From Planctomycetota bacterium (GTDB lineage: Bacteria > Planctomycetota > UBA1135 > UBA2386), in assembly GCA_029936315.1 (NCBI GenBank), contig JAPYTD010000004.1, positions 43,153-107,152 of the forward strand: a stretch of 64,000 nt of DNA. The letters run 5' to 3'. Below are positions 29,786 through 39,363 of this stretch, piece after piece; position 1 is the first letter of the stretch, and each line of letters begins with the position of its first letter. Below the pieces are notes generated by a model. The model worked only from the letters and a program-made list of their open reading frames with translations. It searched no databases and was not told the origin of the DNA. The position numbers were made by a program, and so were the translations under genes.

Positions 29786-30937
29786 CTACCGACGGGCTGC
29801 TGCTTCGCGGTACGCGGCGAGCACCCCGGACGCGGTCTTCGCCCAGGTTAGTTCGCGAGCACGTCTAATGGCTGCGTCTCTGATGCTCGGCCAGGCCGGA
29901 ACGTAATTGTCTACAGCGTCGACGATGGCAGTCGCCATCGAGTCGAGGTCGTGGGGGTCAAAGTAGCGCGCATGCTCACCGCCGGCTTCGGGCATCGCGG
30001 ATGTGTTGCTGGTCACGATTGGAGTGCCGAGTGCGAGCGACTCCGTCACCGGGATGCCCCAGCCTTCGACGATGCTCGGATAGATGCACAGGTCGGCACC
30101 GGCGTAGACCGCGATCATGTCGACCTGGCTCAGGTAAGGCAGGAAGCGAACGTGGTCGAGCACACCTGCCTTCTCCGCCCGTTCTTTGAAGCGGTCGATG
30201 TTGTTGCCGAGGCCGGAGATCAACAGTAGGTGGGGGAGGTCGGTTCGTCGTTCGCGTGCGAGAGCAAACGCCTCGATCATGCGACCGGTGTTCTTGCGTT
30301 CGAGCCCGGCGCCAATTGCGAACATGTATTGGCGGCCTTCGGCATATTCTTCGCGCGCTCGGTCGCCGGCGCCGTCGGGGGCCCCCTTCAGCACTTCGGG
30401 GTGCAGACCGTTGAGCGACAAGCGCACCTTGCCCGGATCGCATTGGAAGCGTTCGCAAATGTCGCGCTTACTCCATTCGCTGACGGTCAAGATTACGCTC
30501 GCGTCGCGCACGACCCGTTGCGTCACTTTGCGTGCGTATTGAATGAACGGATCGTCGAGGTCATCTGGATACCACGTGACGATGACGTCGTGCAAGGACA
30601 CGACCATCGGCGGTCCCTTCCACAAAGGCCACCGTGGCGGCAGTGTGTTGTAGGTGCCGTGGTAGACGTCGAGCTTGTCGCGTCGAATGCGCCAAGGCAT
30701 CTGCAGCCGTTCCCAAGTGTGGAAGCGCCCGCCCGGTATGTCGGTGTGAACCGACTTCTGATTGGCTGCCAGCTGGAACGTATTCTTCGCGTCCGCTGGC
30801 AACTTCCGTTGGTGATACAGAAGGAACTCGTCGTCCGCGGCGAGTGTTGCGAACTCGCGAGTGAGGTGTCGGACGTAGAGTCCGATGCCCCGAGGCTGAG
30901 GGCGAAACCCCTCGCGTGCGTCGATGCCAATGCGCAT
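29786..30937 (-). CDS. GT4 glycosyltransferase (MtfB-like)
   Basis: MRIGID, GIGLY, LHDVI, RKN, YPSIVEGWGIP..ES.A.GTP. Confidence 0.9.
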   Translation of the reverse strand: MRIGIDAREGFRPQPRGIGLYVRHLTREFATLAADDEFLLYHQRKLPADAKNTFQLAANQKSVHTDIPGGRFHTWERLQMPWRIRRDKLDVYHGTYNTLPPRWPLWKGPPMVVSLHDVIVTWYPDDLDDPFIQYARKVTQRVVRDASVILTVSEWSKRDICERFQCDPGKVRLSLNGLHPEVLKGAPDGAGDRAREEYAEGRQYMFAIGAGLERKNTGRMIEAFALARERRTDLPHLLLISGLGNNIDRFKERAEKAGVLDHVRFLPYLSQVDMIAVYAGADLCIYPSIVEGWGIPVTESLALGTPIVTSNTSAMPEAGGEHARYFDPHDLDSMATAIVDAVDNYVPAWPSIRDAAIRRARELTWAKTASGVLAAYREAAARR

Positions 30938-30981
30938 GAGTGAAAGAAAAGGACGGAAGGTGATCCGCGGCGTGACCTTAC

Positions 30982-31884
30982 CTAATCCGGTAGCCGAGTC
31001 ATTACTTCCGGTCCATCTTCGCTGATGAAGATCGTGTGCTCGAACTGCGCGATACGCACGCCGGGCTTTTCGCACAGTGGCGGATAGCCGTCGATCAACT
31101 TCTTCTTGGTGAGGATCTTGATGGCTTCTTCGCAACGCTTGTCGCTGCCTAGCCAGCGCACCAGGTCGCGTCGAGCGAACGGCAGTCGTTCACTTTCTTG
31201 CATGGCGTCGATGATGTCCTTTGGCAGGCTGTCCTTGGGCCGAACATCGCGACGCAGCATGAATACTTCGCCCTTGCCATCCTCGGCGATCATGCCTTTG
31301 CCGTCACTCGCGAACGGCTCACAAGCGATGGTCTGATTGGCACGCAGTCGCGCAGCCTTGGGGTCGTCGTAGTTCGGGACCGAGGGCGCGCAGTGGATCG
31401 TGTAGCGCGAGACTCCGTGGCCGCACAGGTTGCGAACGGGTTGGAATCCGAGTTGCGTGATGGTGGACTCAACCGTGCGGCCGATCTCGGTCAGCGAGAC
31501 GCCAGGACCCATCAACGCGATTGCGTTTTCCAGCGCCATCTTGCTCGACATGAGCAGCAGCGAGTCATCGCCGTCGCGCAGATCGACCGTGGTGGCATTG
31601 TCCGTGACCCAGCCATCGACATGCGTGCCGCAGTCGAGCTTGATGATGTCGCCGGCTTGCACTTCGGTCGAGTCACCGGGGGGCGAGCAGTAGTGCGCGG
31701 CAATGTGGTTGCGCGACGTCTGCGCCGGGAAGGCTGGTTCGCCACCCATCTCGCGGATCTTGGCCTCGACCGCCAATTGCACGTCTTCGAGCTTTGTGCC
31801 AGGCGTGATCATCTTGCGGCCATGCGCGAGCGCGGTGGCACTGATGCGGCCGGACGTGCGCAGCTTCTCAAGGTCGATCTTCAC
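30982..31884 (-). CDS. map: Methionine aminopeptidase, type II
   Basis: Metal ligands KLDCG.HVDGW.TD, GH, EPF, QFEHT, plus a helical insert ending in YPPL.E. Confidence 0.88.
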   Translation of the reverse strand: MKIDLEKLRTSGRISATALAHGRKMITPGTKLEDVQLAVEAKIREMGGEPAFPAQTSRNHIAAHYCSPPGDSTEVQAGDIIKLDCGTHVDGWVTDNATTVDLRDGDDSLLLMSSKMALENAIALMGPGVSLTEIGRTVESTITQLGFQPVRNLCGHGVSRYTIHCAPSVPNYDDPKAARLRANQTIACEPFASDGKGMIAEDGKGEVFMLRRDVRPKDSLPKDIIDAMQESERLPFARRDLVRWLGSDKRCEEAIKILTKKKLIDGYPPLCEKPGVRIAQFEHTIFISEDGPEVMTRLPD

Positions 31885-33068
31885 TTGAGTACGCCCAGGT
31901 CTTTGCCGACCTTTGTGAACGCAGCGACGGCGGTCTCGAGTTGCGGGATTTCGTGGGCGGCGCTGATCTGCACGCGGATGCGGGCCTTGCCCTTCGGCAC
32001 CACCGGGAAGCAGAAGCCGATCACGTAGACGCCTTCGTCCATCATCCGTGACGCCATCGTCACGGCGAGCTTGGCATCGCCGAGCATGATGGGGCAGATG
32101 GGGTGATCGCCCGGCACGATGTCGAACCCAGCGGCCGTCATCGCTTCGCGGAAGAACTTGGTGTTGCTCTCCAGCTTGTCGCGCAGCGCGGTCGTTGCCG
32201 ACAGCTTGTCAATGCACGCGATGGTTGCGCCAACGATTGCGGGCGCGAGTGTGTTGGAAAACAGGTATGGGCGCGCGCGGTTGCGCAGCAGGTCGACGAC
32301 TTCCTTCGGTCCCGCCGTGAAGCCGCCCGAGGCGCCGCCGAGCGCCTTGCCGAAGGTCGAGTTGACGATGTCGACGCGGTCCTGCACACCGTGGTATTCG
32401 GGAGTGCCGCGACCCGTTGGGCCAAAGAACCCCGATGCGTGGCTGTCGTCGACAACGACCATCGCCTCGTACTTGTCGGCCAGTTCGCAGATCGCAGGCA
32501 GGTTCGCGATGAAGCCGTCCATCGAGAACACCCCATCGGTCACGATCATGCGGGTGCGGCAGTCCTGCGAATCCTTCAGGTGCTGTTCGAGCTCCTGCAT
32601 GTTGTTGTTCGCATAGCGAAGGCGCCGCGACTTGGTTAGCCGAATGCCGTCAATGATCGAAGCGTGGTTGAGCGAGTCACTGATGATCGCATCGTCCGGA
32701 CCCATCAGGATCTCGAACAAGCCGCCGTTCGCATCCCAGCACGATGAGTAGAGGATCGTGTCTTCCAGTCCGAGGAACGAACTGATCTTCCCTTCGAGCA
32801 CCTTGTGCGGTTTTTGCGTGCCGCAGATGAAGCGAACGCTTGCCAGACCAAGGCCGTTTTGGTCGATCGCCGTCTTCGCCGCATCGCGTAGATCCATGTC
32901 CGCCGCGAGTCCGAGGTAGTTGTTGGCACACAGGCACAACACTTCCTTGCCGTTGGCCTTGATGACGGCTCCCTGTGGGCTCTGGAGCACGCGCTCCTCC
33001 TTCCACAAGCCGGCTTCACGGATGTCAGCGAGCTCCTGCTGCAGGCGTTCCTTGACGTTGTTGAACAT
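31881..33068 (-). CDS. kbl: Glycine C-acetyltransferase (2-amino-3-ketobutyrate CoA ligase)
   Basis: CANNYLGL, SVRFICGTQ, NHASIIDG, DDSHA, TFGKALGGASGG, RIRVQISAAH. Confidence 0.97.
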   Translation of the reverse strand: MFNNVKERLQQELADIREAGLWKEERVLQSPQGAVIKANGKEVLCLCANNYLGLAADMDLRDAAKTAIDQNGLGLASVRFICGTQKPHKVLEGKISSFLGLEDTILYSSCWDANGGLFEILMGPDDAIISDSLNHASIIDGIRLTKSRRLRYANNNMQELEQHLKDSQDCRTRMIVTDGVFSMDGFIANLPAICELADKYEAMVVVDDSHASGFFGPTGRGTPEYHGVQDRVDIVNSTFGKALGGASGGFTAGPKEVVDLLRNRARPYLFSNTLAPAIVGATIACIDKLSATTALRDKLESNTKFFREAMTAAGFDIVPGDHPICPIMLGDAKLAVTMASRMMDEGVYVIGFCFPVVPKGKARIRVQISAAHEIPQLETAVAAFTKVGKDLGVLK

Positions 33069-33164
33069 AGGCCGGAAGTAGGTACCCGTTGGGGCGCGTT
33101 TGCGCCAGAAACTCTCGGCTCCCGGTGGGGTGGGGCCGATGGGTGCCGAGTTCCGGACAGCGAC

Positions 33165-33230
33165 TTAGAAGGTGCCGAAGGTCACGGTCAGGGCATTCGA
33201 GGACGACACCTCGAGCACGCTGGCTTGGAG
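33165..33230 (-). pseudogene. Orphan C-terminal gene stump
   Basis: LQASVLEVSSSNALTVTFGTF* with coding-like codons and no start; lies 3' of the next gene's stop in another frame. Confidence 0.3.
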
Positions 33231-33286
33231 CGGGGCGCGAGTTGGTCGTGCGCTTGCGCGCGATGTAGCCGTTCTGTCCGGAGCTG

Positions 33287-34366
33287 CTATTGGAAGCGGA
33301 GCGCGTAGAGGTCCGTCAGGCTCATCTCGCCGTCGATCTGTACCACGCCCACTTGCATGCGCAAGCGCGCTCCTGACAACAGCGGGTTGTTGGGGGCTGC
33401 GAGCACGAGGTCGAGGTTGCTGCTGTTGATGTAGGTCATCGTCATCAACGCCGTTGGCGCGATGCGCAGGAAGCCACCGTTTGAGAAGAGCGACGGCAAC
33501 ACGACACTGAGGTCGACGTCAATCGGAGGTGTGGGAGTGCCCGGTGGCTCGATTGTCATCGCACACACACCAGCAACCGCGGCGGGCAGTGGTGTTCCTG
33601 AGATCAGGATCAAGTCTTGGCGAAACGCGCGCAAGTGCACCGGTGACTGCACGCTGGCGCTGCTCGACATGTTGTCGAGAATCCAGCGGCTGCAGCTGCC
33701 CAGAAACCCAGTCGACTGACTGCCGAAGTTGCCCTGCGTTCCTGTGCACGTGCTGGTAAGCCCTCCCGCGATCCATGCGATGGTCGCCGGCGGCGTGCCG
33801 GGCAGCGTTGCGTACGGGAAGAAGCTGACCATGTCGCACGGTTGCAGGATGTGGTTGGCAAACGGCGGCAACTCAAGCACGGCGTTGACGGTGGCGTTAG
33901 TTGCATAACGCGCCCCGGTGATCTCAAGGTCCTGGTTGCCGAACGCCGTCGACGTTGCGCGCGGAATCACCGGGCTTGGTGGGCGACCTGTCTCCAGCGT
34001 GTCGTCCGCCATTGCCATCATGTAGCGGCCCTTTGGCAGATACTGGGGAGCCAGGCCAGAGAAGTTGATGGCCCAACTGTTGACTGCGTAGACGTTGGGC
34101 AACGACCACTTGGCGGCTTGCAGGTTGGGTTGTTGATCGGCGAGCAGCGACATCCACTGCGCGTTCATGTCGTAGGCCCACGCATGTGTCTGGCTAGGAT
34201 TCGGCTCGATCCAGATGCCATCCGGCGCCTTGACCTCGACTTCGAACACGACGAGGTCCGCGTTGGTTGCGGTCGGGTCCAGCGGATTGCCCAGAGTCAG
34301 CGCGGTTGGGGTCAACTGCGCAACTGCGGCCGCGCACAGCACAAGCGGGGAGAGGACGCGAATCAT
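33287..34366 (-). CDS. Secreted hypothetical protein
   Basis: Signal peptide ending AVA-Q; beta-rich C-terminal segment PNNPLLSG.RL..Q. Confidence 0.75.
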   Translation of the reverse strand: MIRVLSPLVLCAAAVAQLTPTALTLGNPLDPTATNADLVVFEVEVKAPDGIWIEPNPSQTHAWAYDMNAQWMSLLADQQPNLQAAKWSLPNVYAVNSWAINFSGLAPQYLPKGRYMMAMADDTLETGRPPSPVIPRATSTAFGNQDLEITGARYATNATVNAVLELPPFANHILQPCDMVSFFPYATLPGTPPATIAWIAGGLTSTCTGTQGNFGSQSTGFLGSCSRWILDNMSSSASVQSPVHLRAFRQDLILISGTPLPAAVAGVCAMTIEPPGTPTPPIDVDLSVVLPSLFSNGGFLRIAPTALMTMTYINSSNLDLVLAAPNNPLLSGARLRMQVGVVQIDGEMSLTDLYALRFQ

Positions 34367-34661
34367 CGGATGCTCTTTTGGCGACGAGCCGGATTGGCTT
34401 GCCGGGGCCTCAGTGTTTTACCCGTGGAGCACGAACTCGTGTTCCGTGCAAATACTTGTGCCGCGGGCAACCTATGGCGACCACAACTTTCGGTAGTTAG
34501 CAATTCGCATTGCGGCGTAAGTGCCCGGCGGGTGCGCCTAAGAGGATGGTGTTTGTCCCGGCACCGTAATGGCAGGCTACAAACGTCTTTGTGCCACGCG
34601 ATGGTGGGGCTGGTCCTTTGGCTTCAAACGCCACAAGCCCCTGTTATCCAAGGAGAGTTCC

Positions 34662-34990
34662 ATGAAGTCCGCACTCATTATTCCGTTTGCCGCGATCGTG
34701 GGTTCTGCAGCCGCCGTTGGCCAAGGGATCACCATCACAGCGGTTGTGCAGACCGATCTCGTCGTGATGGCCAACAATGCGACCGGAGCACCGGCGAGTA
34801 CAGGAGTGAGCGTCGGCACGGATGTGTCGAACGGCTTGCAGCTGACCGCGCAACAAACGGGCGCCTACTCGACCATCGACGTCATGCCTGGCCAGCAGGT
34901 TGGGCAGTCCAGGAGCTTTGGCTTGTCGACGGTTGCCGCCACTACGGGCGGCACGCTGGGTGTCAGTGCTGGCAGTGGCCTGGCCGCTAG
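34662..34990 (+). pseudogene. Probably 3'-truncated secreted-protein gene
   Basis: AGGAG RBS, ATG 34662, signal peptide, T/G/S-rich body. The frame runs into the tdh 3' end and reads antisense to it until 35099. Confidence 0.5.
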
Positions 34991-36060
34991 CCCAGCTTGT
35001 GCGGGTAGAGCACGACCTTCTGCTCAAGGCCTTGCTCGAAGCGGCCCAGCCCCTTGCCGAAATCATCGATCGACATCTCGGCTGTCACCAGGTGGGTGAC
35101 GTCGAGGCCTTGCTTGAGCAGGTCCAGCATCTGATCCCACGTGCGGAACATCTCGCGGCCAATGACCGCGTGCATCGTCAGGCCCTTGAAGATGAAGTTC
35201 TTCGAGAAGCCCTCGATCGAGACCGCGTCGCCCTTGGGTAGGCCAAGGTTGACGATGTGGCCGGCGGGGCGCGTCATCACAATGGCGTTGTTGATGCCGA
35301 TGGGATGACCGGAGATCTCGAGCGTGACATCGACGCCGCCATTGGTGGCATCAACGATCGTTTGCACCGGCTTCTCACGCCCGTCGACGATCGTGACCTG
35401 GTCGGTCAAGCCGCGGCGGATGACCCATGCACGGGCGCGGGCGAGTGCCTTGTCGGCAACATCGACGACGAACACGTGGCTCGCCTTGACGAACGTCGCG
35501 ACTTCGCCGCACATTGCGCCGATCGGGCCAAAGCCAATGATCGCGACCGTCTTGCCAGCGACTGGCACCTTCATCGTCGTGTGCACGGCGTTGCCGAGCG
35601 GGTCGAGGATCGCGGCAACTTGCAATGGCAGGTCCTTCGGCAGCTTGACGACGTTGCCCGCGGACACGACTACGTACTCGGCGAACGCGCCGTCGAGGTT
35701 GATGCCGCGGATGCGCGCCGTCGCGCAAGCGTGGAACGCCTTGTTGCGGCACGCCGGGCACTCACCGCAGATCTCGTGCATCTCGGCACTCGCGTACGTT
35801 CCGAGCGGATAGTCCTTCTCGTCGACGCCGTCGCCCAACTTGTCGATGTGACCGCAGAACTCGTGACCGAGAGTCACCGGCGGCGCAATCAGTGCAGTCA
35901 TCGATGGGTCACCGCTGCAGATGTGTACATCCGTACCGCAGATCCCGGCGGCGGCGACCTTGAGGCGCACTTCGCCCGGGCCGGGTTCTGGAAACTTGAG
36001 ATCCGTCCGCAACCGATACTGGCCTGGGGACGTTAGCTGCACACCCTTCATCGACGTCAT
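34987..36060 (-). CDS. tdh: L-threonine 3-dehydrogenase
   Basis: GICGTDVHI, GHEFCG, structural Zn C..C..C...C, DPLGNAVHT, G.GPIG; kbl nearby. Confidence 0.88.
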   Translation of the reverse strand: MTSMKGVQLTSPGQYRLRTDLKFPEPGPGEVRLKVAAAGICGTDVHICSGDPSMTALIAPPVTLGHEFCGHIDKLGDGVDEKDYPLGTYASAEMHEICGECPACRNKAFHACATARIRGINLDGAFAEYVVVSAGNVVKLPKDLPLQVAAILDPLGNAVHTTMKVPVAGKTVAIIGFGPIGAMCGEVATFVKASHVFVVDVADKALARARAWVIRRGLTDQVTIVDGREKPVQTIVDATNGGVDVTLEISGHPIGINNAIVMTRPAGHIVNLGLPKGDAVSIEGFSKNFIFKGLTMHAVIGREMFRTWDQMLDLLKQGLDVTHLVTAEMSIDDFGKGLGRFEQGLEQKVVLYPHKLG

Positions 36061-36160
36061 GTTTGAATAGTCCCGCCGGTGGCGGGCGGCGTATTCTGCG
36101 GATACAACGCAGTTAGCGCCACAAAGGAGATTCCTGAACACACGAACGACACGCGGCTTC

Positions 36161-36574
36161 TTGGCCTTGGGCTCCTTACTCCTCGCCGGAGTTCTGCTCA
36201 TTTCGTGCCAGACCACCAGGATCGTGCCGCCCGACTACTCGGCGCGTCCGGTCGTCATGCTCGAGCGCTGGCAGGTGGAGGCCGAGGGTGCCGTGCTCGG
36301 ATCGGTCACCAAATACGAGATTCGTGATTCGAAGGGCCCGCTGCAGTTCTTCCGGGTGACCGACCAGAATGGGCGTTGGTTGGGCCACGCGACCGCCAAG
36401 GGGCGGTTTTCGCGTCGCGTGCCGTTCCAGGAAGAGGAACAGGATCTGGGCCTGCTGGCGATGGAACGCGGTGTCGCACAGTTGTTCGAGGCGACTGCGA
36501 CGGTGCAATTGAAGCCGGTGCCAACCGAGGCGGACTGGCGGCGCCAGCCGAAGCTGCAACAAGACAAGCGCTGA
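36161..36574 (+). CDS. Hypothetical lipoprotein
   Basis: Lipobox LISC; an alternative CTG start at 36134 follows an AAGGAG RBS. Confidence 0.7.
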   Translation: MALGSLLLAGVLLISCQTTRIVPPDYSARPVVMLERWQVEAEGAVLGSVTKYEIRDSKGPLQFFRVTDQNGRWLGHATAKGRFSRRVPFQEEEQDLGLLAMERGVAQLFEATATVQLKPVPTEADWRRQPKLQQDKR

Positions 36575-36602
36575 GAGTCGAAGCGCTCTACAGTCACGCG
36601 CA

Positions 36603-37070
36603 ATGAACGAACTTGCGAGTCGAACTGTCGACGAGAGCCGCGTCGAAATGACGGAAATCATCATGCCGAATGATGGCAACCCGCTTGGCAACGCGATGGG
36701 CGGTCGCGTCATGCACTGGATTGACGTCTGCGCTGCGGTTTGCGCTGGCCGTCACGCGCGCACACCGGTCGTCACTGCCAGTGTCGACAACGTCGACTTC
36801 CACAACCCGGTTCCCGTCGGCAGCGTCATCGTGTTGCTTGCCTCGGTCAATTTCACCGGGCGCACCTCGATGGAGATCGGCGTCAAGGTTTGGCAAGAAG
36901 AGCGCCTAACCGGCGATCGCAAGCATGTCGTCTCGGCCTACCTGACGTTTGTGTCGCTAGACCCAGAAACCCGCAAGCCTCGTCCAGTGCCCGCAATCGA
37001 GCCAAAGACCGAGAATGAGAAGCGTCGCTGCAAGGAAGCGGCAGCGCGACGAAAAGCGCGTCTGTCTTAG
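36603..37070 (+). CDS. Acyl-CoA thioesterase (hotdog fold, YciA-like)
   Basis: N..GNAMGG.VMHWID, VVTASVD...F..PV.VG, TGRTSMEI.V. Confidence 0.92.
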   Translation: MNELASRTVDESRVEMTEIIMPNDGNPLGNAMGGRVMHWIDVCAAVCAGRHARTPVVTASVDNVDFHNPVPVGSVIVLLASVNFTGRTSMEIGVKVWQEERLTGDRKHVVSAYLTFVSLDPETRKPRPVPAIEPKTENEKRRCKEAAARRKARLS

Positions 37071-37077
37071 GCTGCCT

Positions 37078-37530
37078 TCAGAACCATTCTGGAACCATTT
37101 CCGGATCGAGCCCCATCGACTGCAGGATCAACTGCTGCACGTACTCAGGATCGATTGAAAACTCCTTCAGAGTCTCGTAGCACGATCCGGCCTTGATCGA
37201 GAGCACGGCCAAGGCGAGGTGCTCTGGCAGCACGCTCTTGCTGCCGAGTTGTTGCGCGGCGTCCTTGGCGCGACCGAAGGCGGTGCGGCAGTGACGGTTC
37301 CACGGACCATCCGGCTCATCCGGCTCGCGTGGCAGACTGTTCACGTAGCCGGAGAACATGTCCGGGTCGACGTTGAGGTCCAAGAAGATGTGGTGCAGGC
37401 ACGTGCTCTGATCGATGCTCAGGCCGTAGATCAAATGACCAGTCGCAACCGACTCATCGTTGAGCTGCTGGGCCAGTTCTTCGGCCTTCTGCGTGGCCAG
37501 GATGCTCTTGTCGCTGAAGTCCTCGAACAT
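37078..37530 (-). CDS. Stand-alone Clp N-terminal domain protein (150 aa)
   Basis: Two Clp-N repeats (A...A..L....V.TGHL..GL; A...A..LG...V.PEHL.LA.L); no AAA domain. Confidence 0.8.
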   Translation of the reverse strand: MFEDFSDKSILATQKAEELAQQLNDESVATGHLIYGLSIDQSTCLHHIFLDLNVDPDMFSGYVNSLPREPDEPDGPWNRHCRTAFGRAKDAAQQLGSKSVLPEHLALAVLSIKAGSCYETLKEFSIDPEYVQQLILQSMGLDPEMVPEWF

Positions 37531-37599
37531 AGGGGCGGAAGAGAGTAGCGATCTCTGGGACTTTCCGCCACGGGCTACCTGGCGAGAACGGCGTATGAT

Positions 37600-38862
37600 G
37601 TGGCTGTGGCCAGCTCCCCCAGCACGATCCGCACGATCCTGCACGCCGATATGGACGCCTTCTATGCGGCCATTGAGCAGCGTGATCGGCCAGAACTGCG
37701 CGGGTTGCCGGTCATCATCGGGGGCTACGGCCCTCGCCAGGTCGTCAGCACGGCCAGCTACGAGGCCCGAAAGTTTGGGGTTCATTCGGCTATGCCAGGC
37801 CGTCGGGCCCAACAGCTGTGCCCGCAGGGCATCTTCGTCGTGCCGCGAATGGAGGCCTATGCGGAGGTCTCAAGCCAGATTCAGGCGGTGTTCGAGCAGT
37901 TCACGGATCAGGTCGAGCCGCTGTCGCTGGACGAGGCCTTCTTGGATGTGACCGGTAGCCTGGCGCTGTTTGGCGATGGCAAGACGATCGCTGAGCGCAT
38001 CCGGAGCGAGGTCCTGGAGCGCACCGAACTGGTGGTGTCGGTTGGCGTGGCGACGAGCAAATACGTCGCCAAGGTGGCGAGTGATCTAGACAAGCCGAAT
38101 GGCCTGGTCGTGGTGCCGCCGGGAGAAGAGCGTGCCTTCTTGGCCGACTTGCCGCTGTCGCGTTTGTGGGGGGTTGGGCCATCGACGCGAGCGACGCTCG
38201 AACGCGCCGGCCTGCGATCGATCCGCGACGTGCAGTCCCGTTCGCGTCAGCAACTGGTCGAAGCATTTGGGGGCCACCTTGGCGAGCACTTGTATGTGCT
38301 TGCCAACGGCCTCGATGCACGTCCAGTCATCAGCGAGCGCGCTGCCAAATCAATCGGACACGAGATGACCTTCGCCGAAGATCTACGCAGTGTGGATGAT
38401 GTCAAAGGCATCCTGCTGCAGCTCGCTGAGATGGTTGGGCGACGGCTGCGACGTGCAGGGCAACGTGCAAGTGTGATTCGGCTGAAGCTGCGCCATCCGC
38501 CGTTCGAAACCAAGTCACGCCAGAAGAAGGTCGATGCAACGGCGGACGACCTCGAGATCTATCGAATAGCGACTGCGTTGCTGATGAGCGCGTGGGATCA
38601 ACGAACGCCGGTGCGGTTGCTGGGTGTCACTGGTGCGAGTCTCCTCGACGAAGGCTCACAGCAAGCCGCACCGCGACCAACCCAGCCGTCCCTGTTTGTC
38701 GCCGAAGAAACTGCCCCCGACCCAGCGGCCAATAAAGAGCAACGTGATCGTCTGCTAGCGGCAATGGATGCGATCCGCGATCGCCATGGCGAAGATGCAG
38801 TTCGTCACGCAGGCCAACGCCGCACGAGCAATCTATGGGGTCCAGAACGTGCAAACGAGTAG
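37600..38862 (+). CDS. dinB: DNA polymerase IV
   Basis: ILHADMDAFYAAIE, STASYEAR.FGV.SAMP, SLDEAF, AKVASD..KPNG, KSIGHE.TF. Confidence 0.96.
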   Translation: MAVASSPSTIRTILHADMDAFYAAIEQRDRPELRGLPVIIGGYGPRQVVSTASYEARKFGVHSAMPGRRAQQLCPQGIFVVPRMEAYAEVSSQIQAVFEQFTDQVEPLSLDEAFLDVTGSLALFGDGKTIAERIRSEVLERTELVVSVGVATSKYVAKVASDLDKPNGLVVVPPGEERAFLADLPLSRLWGVGPSTRATLERAGLRSIRDVQSRSRQQLVEAFGGHLGEHLYVLANGLDARPVISERAAKSIGHEMTFAEDLRSVDDVKGILLQLAEMVGRRLRRAGQRASVIRLKLRHPPFETKSRQKKVDATADDLEIYRIATALLMSAWDQRTPVRLLGVTGASLLDEGSQQAAPRPTQPSLFVAEETAPDPAANKEQRDRLLAAMDAIRDRHGEDAVRHAGQRRTSNLWGPERANE

Positions 38863-38865
38863 CCA

Positions 38866-38920
38866 CCGAAGAGCACTGTTTTCTAAGACCGAGTCTCTTA
38901 GATCGATACTCTTAGATCGA
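38866..38920. repeat. Degenerate copy of the dispersed repeat plus a 12-bp direct repeat duplicating the bcp 3' end
   Basis: Minus strand TAAGAGACTCGGTCTTAGAAAACAGTGCTCTTCGG; CTCTTAGATCGA at 38895 and at 38909. Confidence 0.45.
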
Positions 38921-39349
38921 GGCGAGTACCTCTTGCGGGTGCTCGGCAGGTTTGACGGTGTCGAACACCTTGCGGACTTTGCCGTCGGTGTCGATCACAA
39001 TTGTGATGCGCTTTGCATTGCCTGAGCCATCTGCGCGGATGGCATCGCAGGCGGCGCCGAGTTGCTTGTCGGAGTCGCACAGCAGGGCAAAGGGGAAGTC
39101 GAACTTCTGGCGGAACGCGCGGTTCTCGTCGACGGTGTCGAACGACACACCACAGATCACAGCGTTCTTGGCGTCAAACTCGGGCTTCAAATCACGGAAG
39201 CCCTGACCTTCGAGCGTTCAACCGGGCGTATCGGCTTTGGGGTAGAACCACAACACCAACGTCTTGCCGGCGAAGTCGGCGAGGGTGCGCGTGTTGCCTT
39301 CGTCGTCGAGTACGGAGAAGTCAGGGGCCGGCGATCCGGGTTGCAGCAT
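38912..39349 (-). CDS. bcp: BCP-type peroxiredoxin, selenocysteine at the peroxidatic position
   Basis: FYPKADTPG-TGA(39220-39218)-TLEGQGFRD...GVSFD...FPFALLCD...KRIT; joins two track ORFs in frame. Confidence 0.88.
39176..39207 (-). promoter_or_regulatory. Putative SECIS element of bcp
   Basis: Minus strand GTCA-GGGCTTC-CGTGATTT-GAAGCCC-GAGTT-TGAC: perfect 7-bp stem, loop 21 nt after UGA. Confidence 0.7.
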
Positions 39350-39363
39350 GTGTGCACGATACG

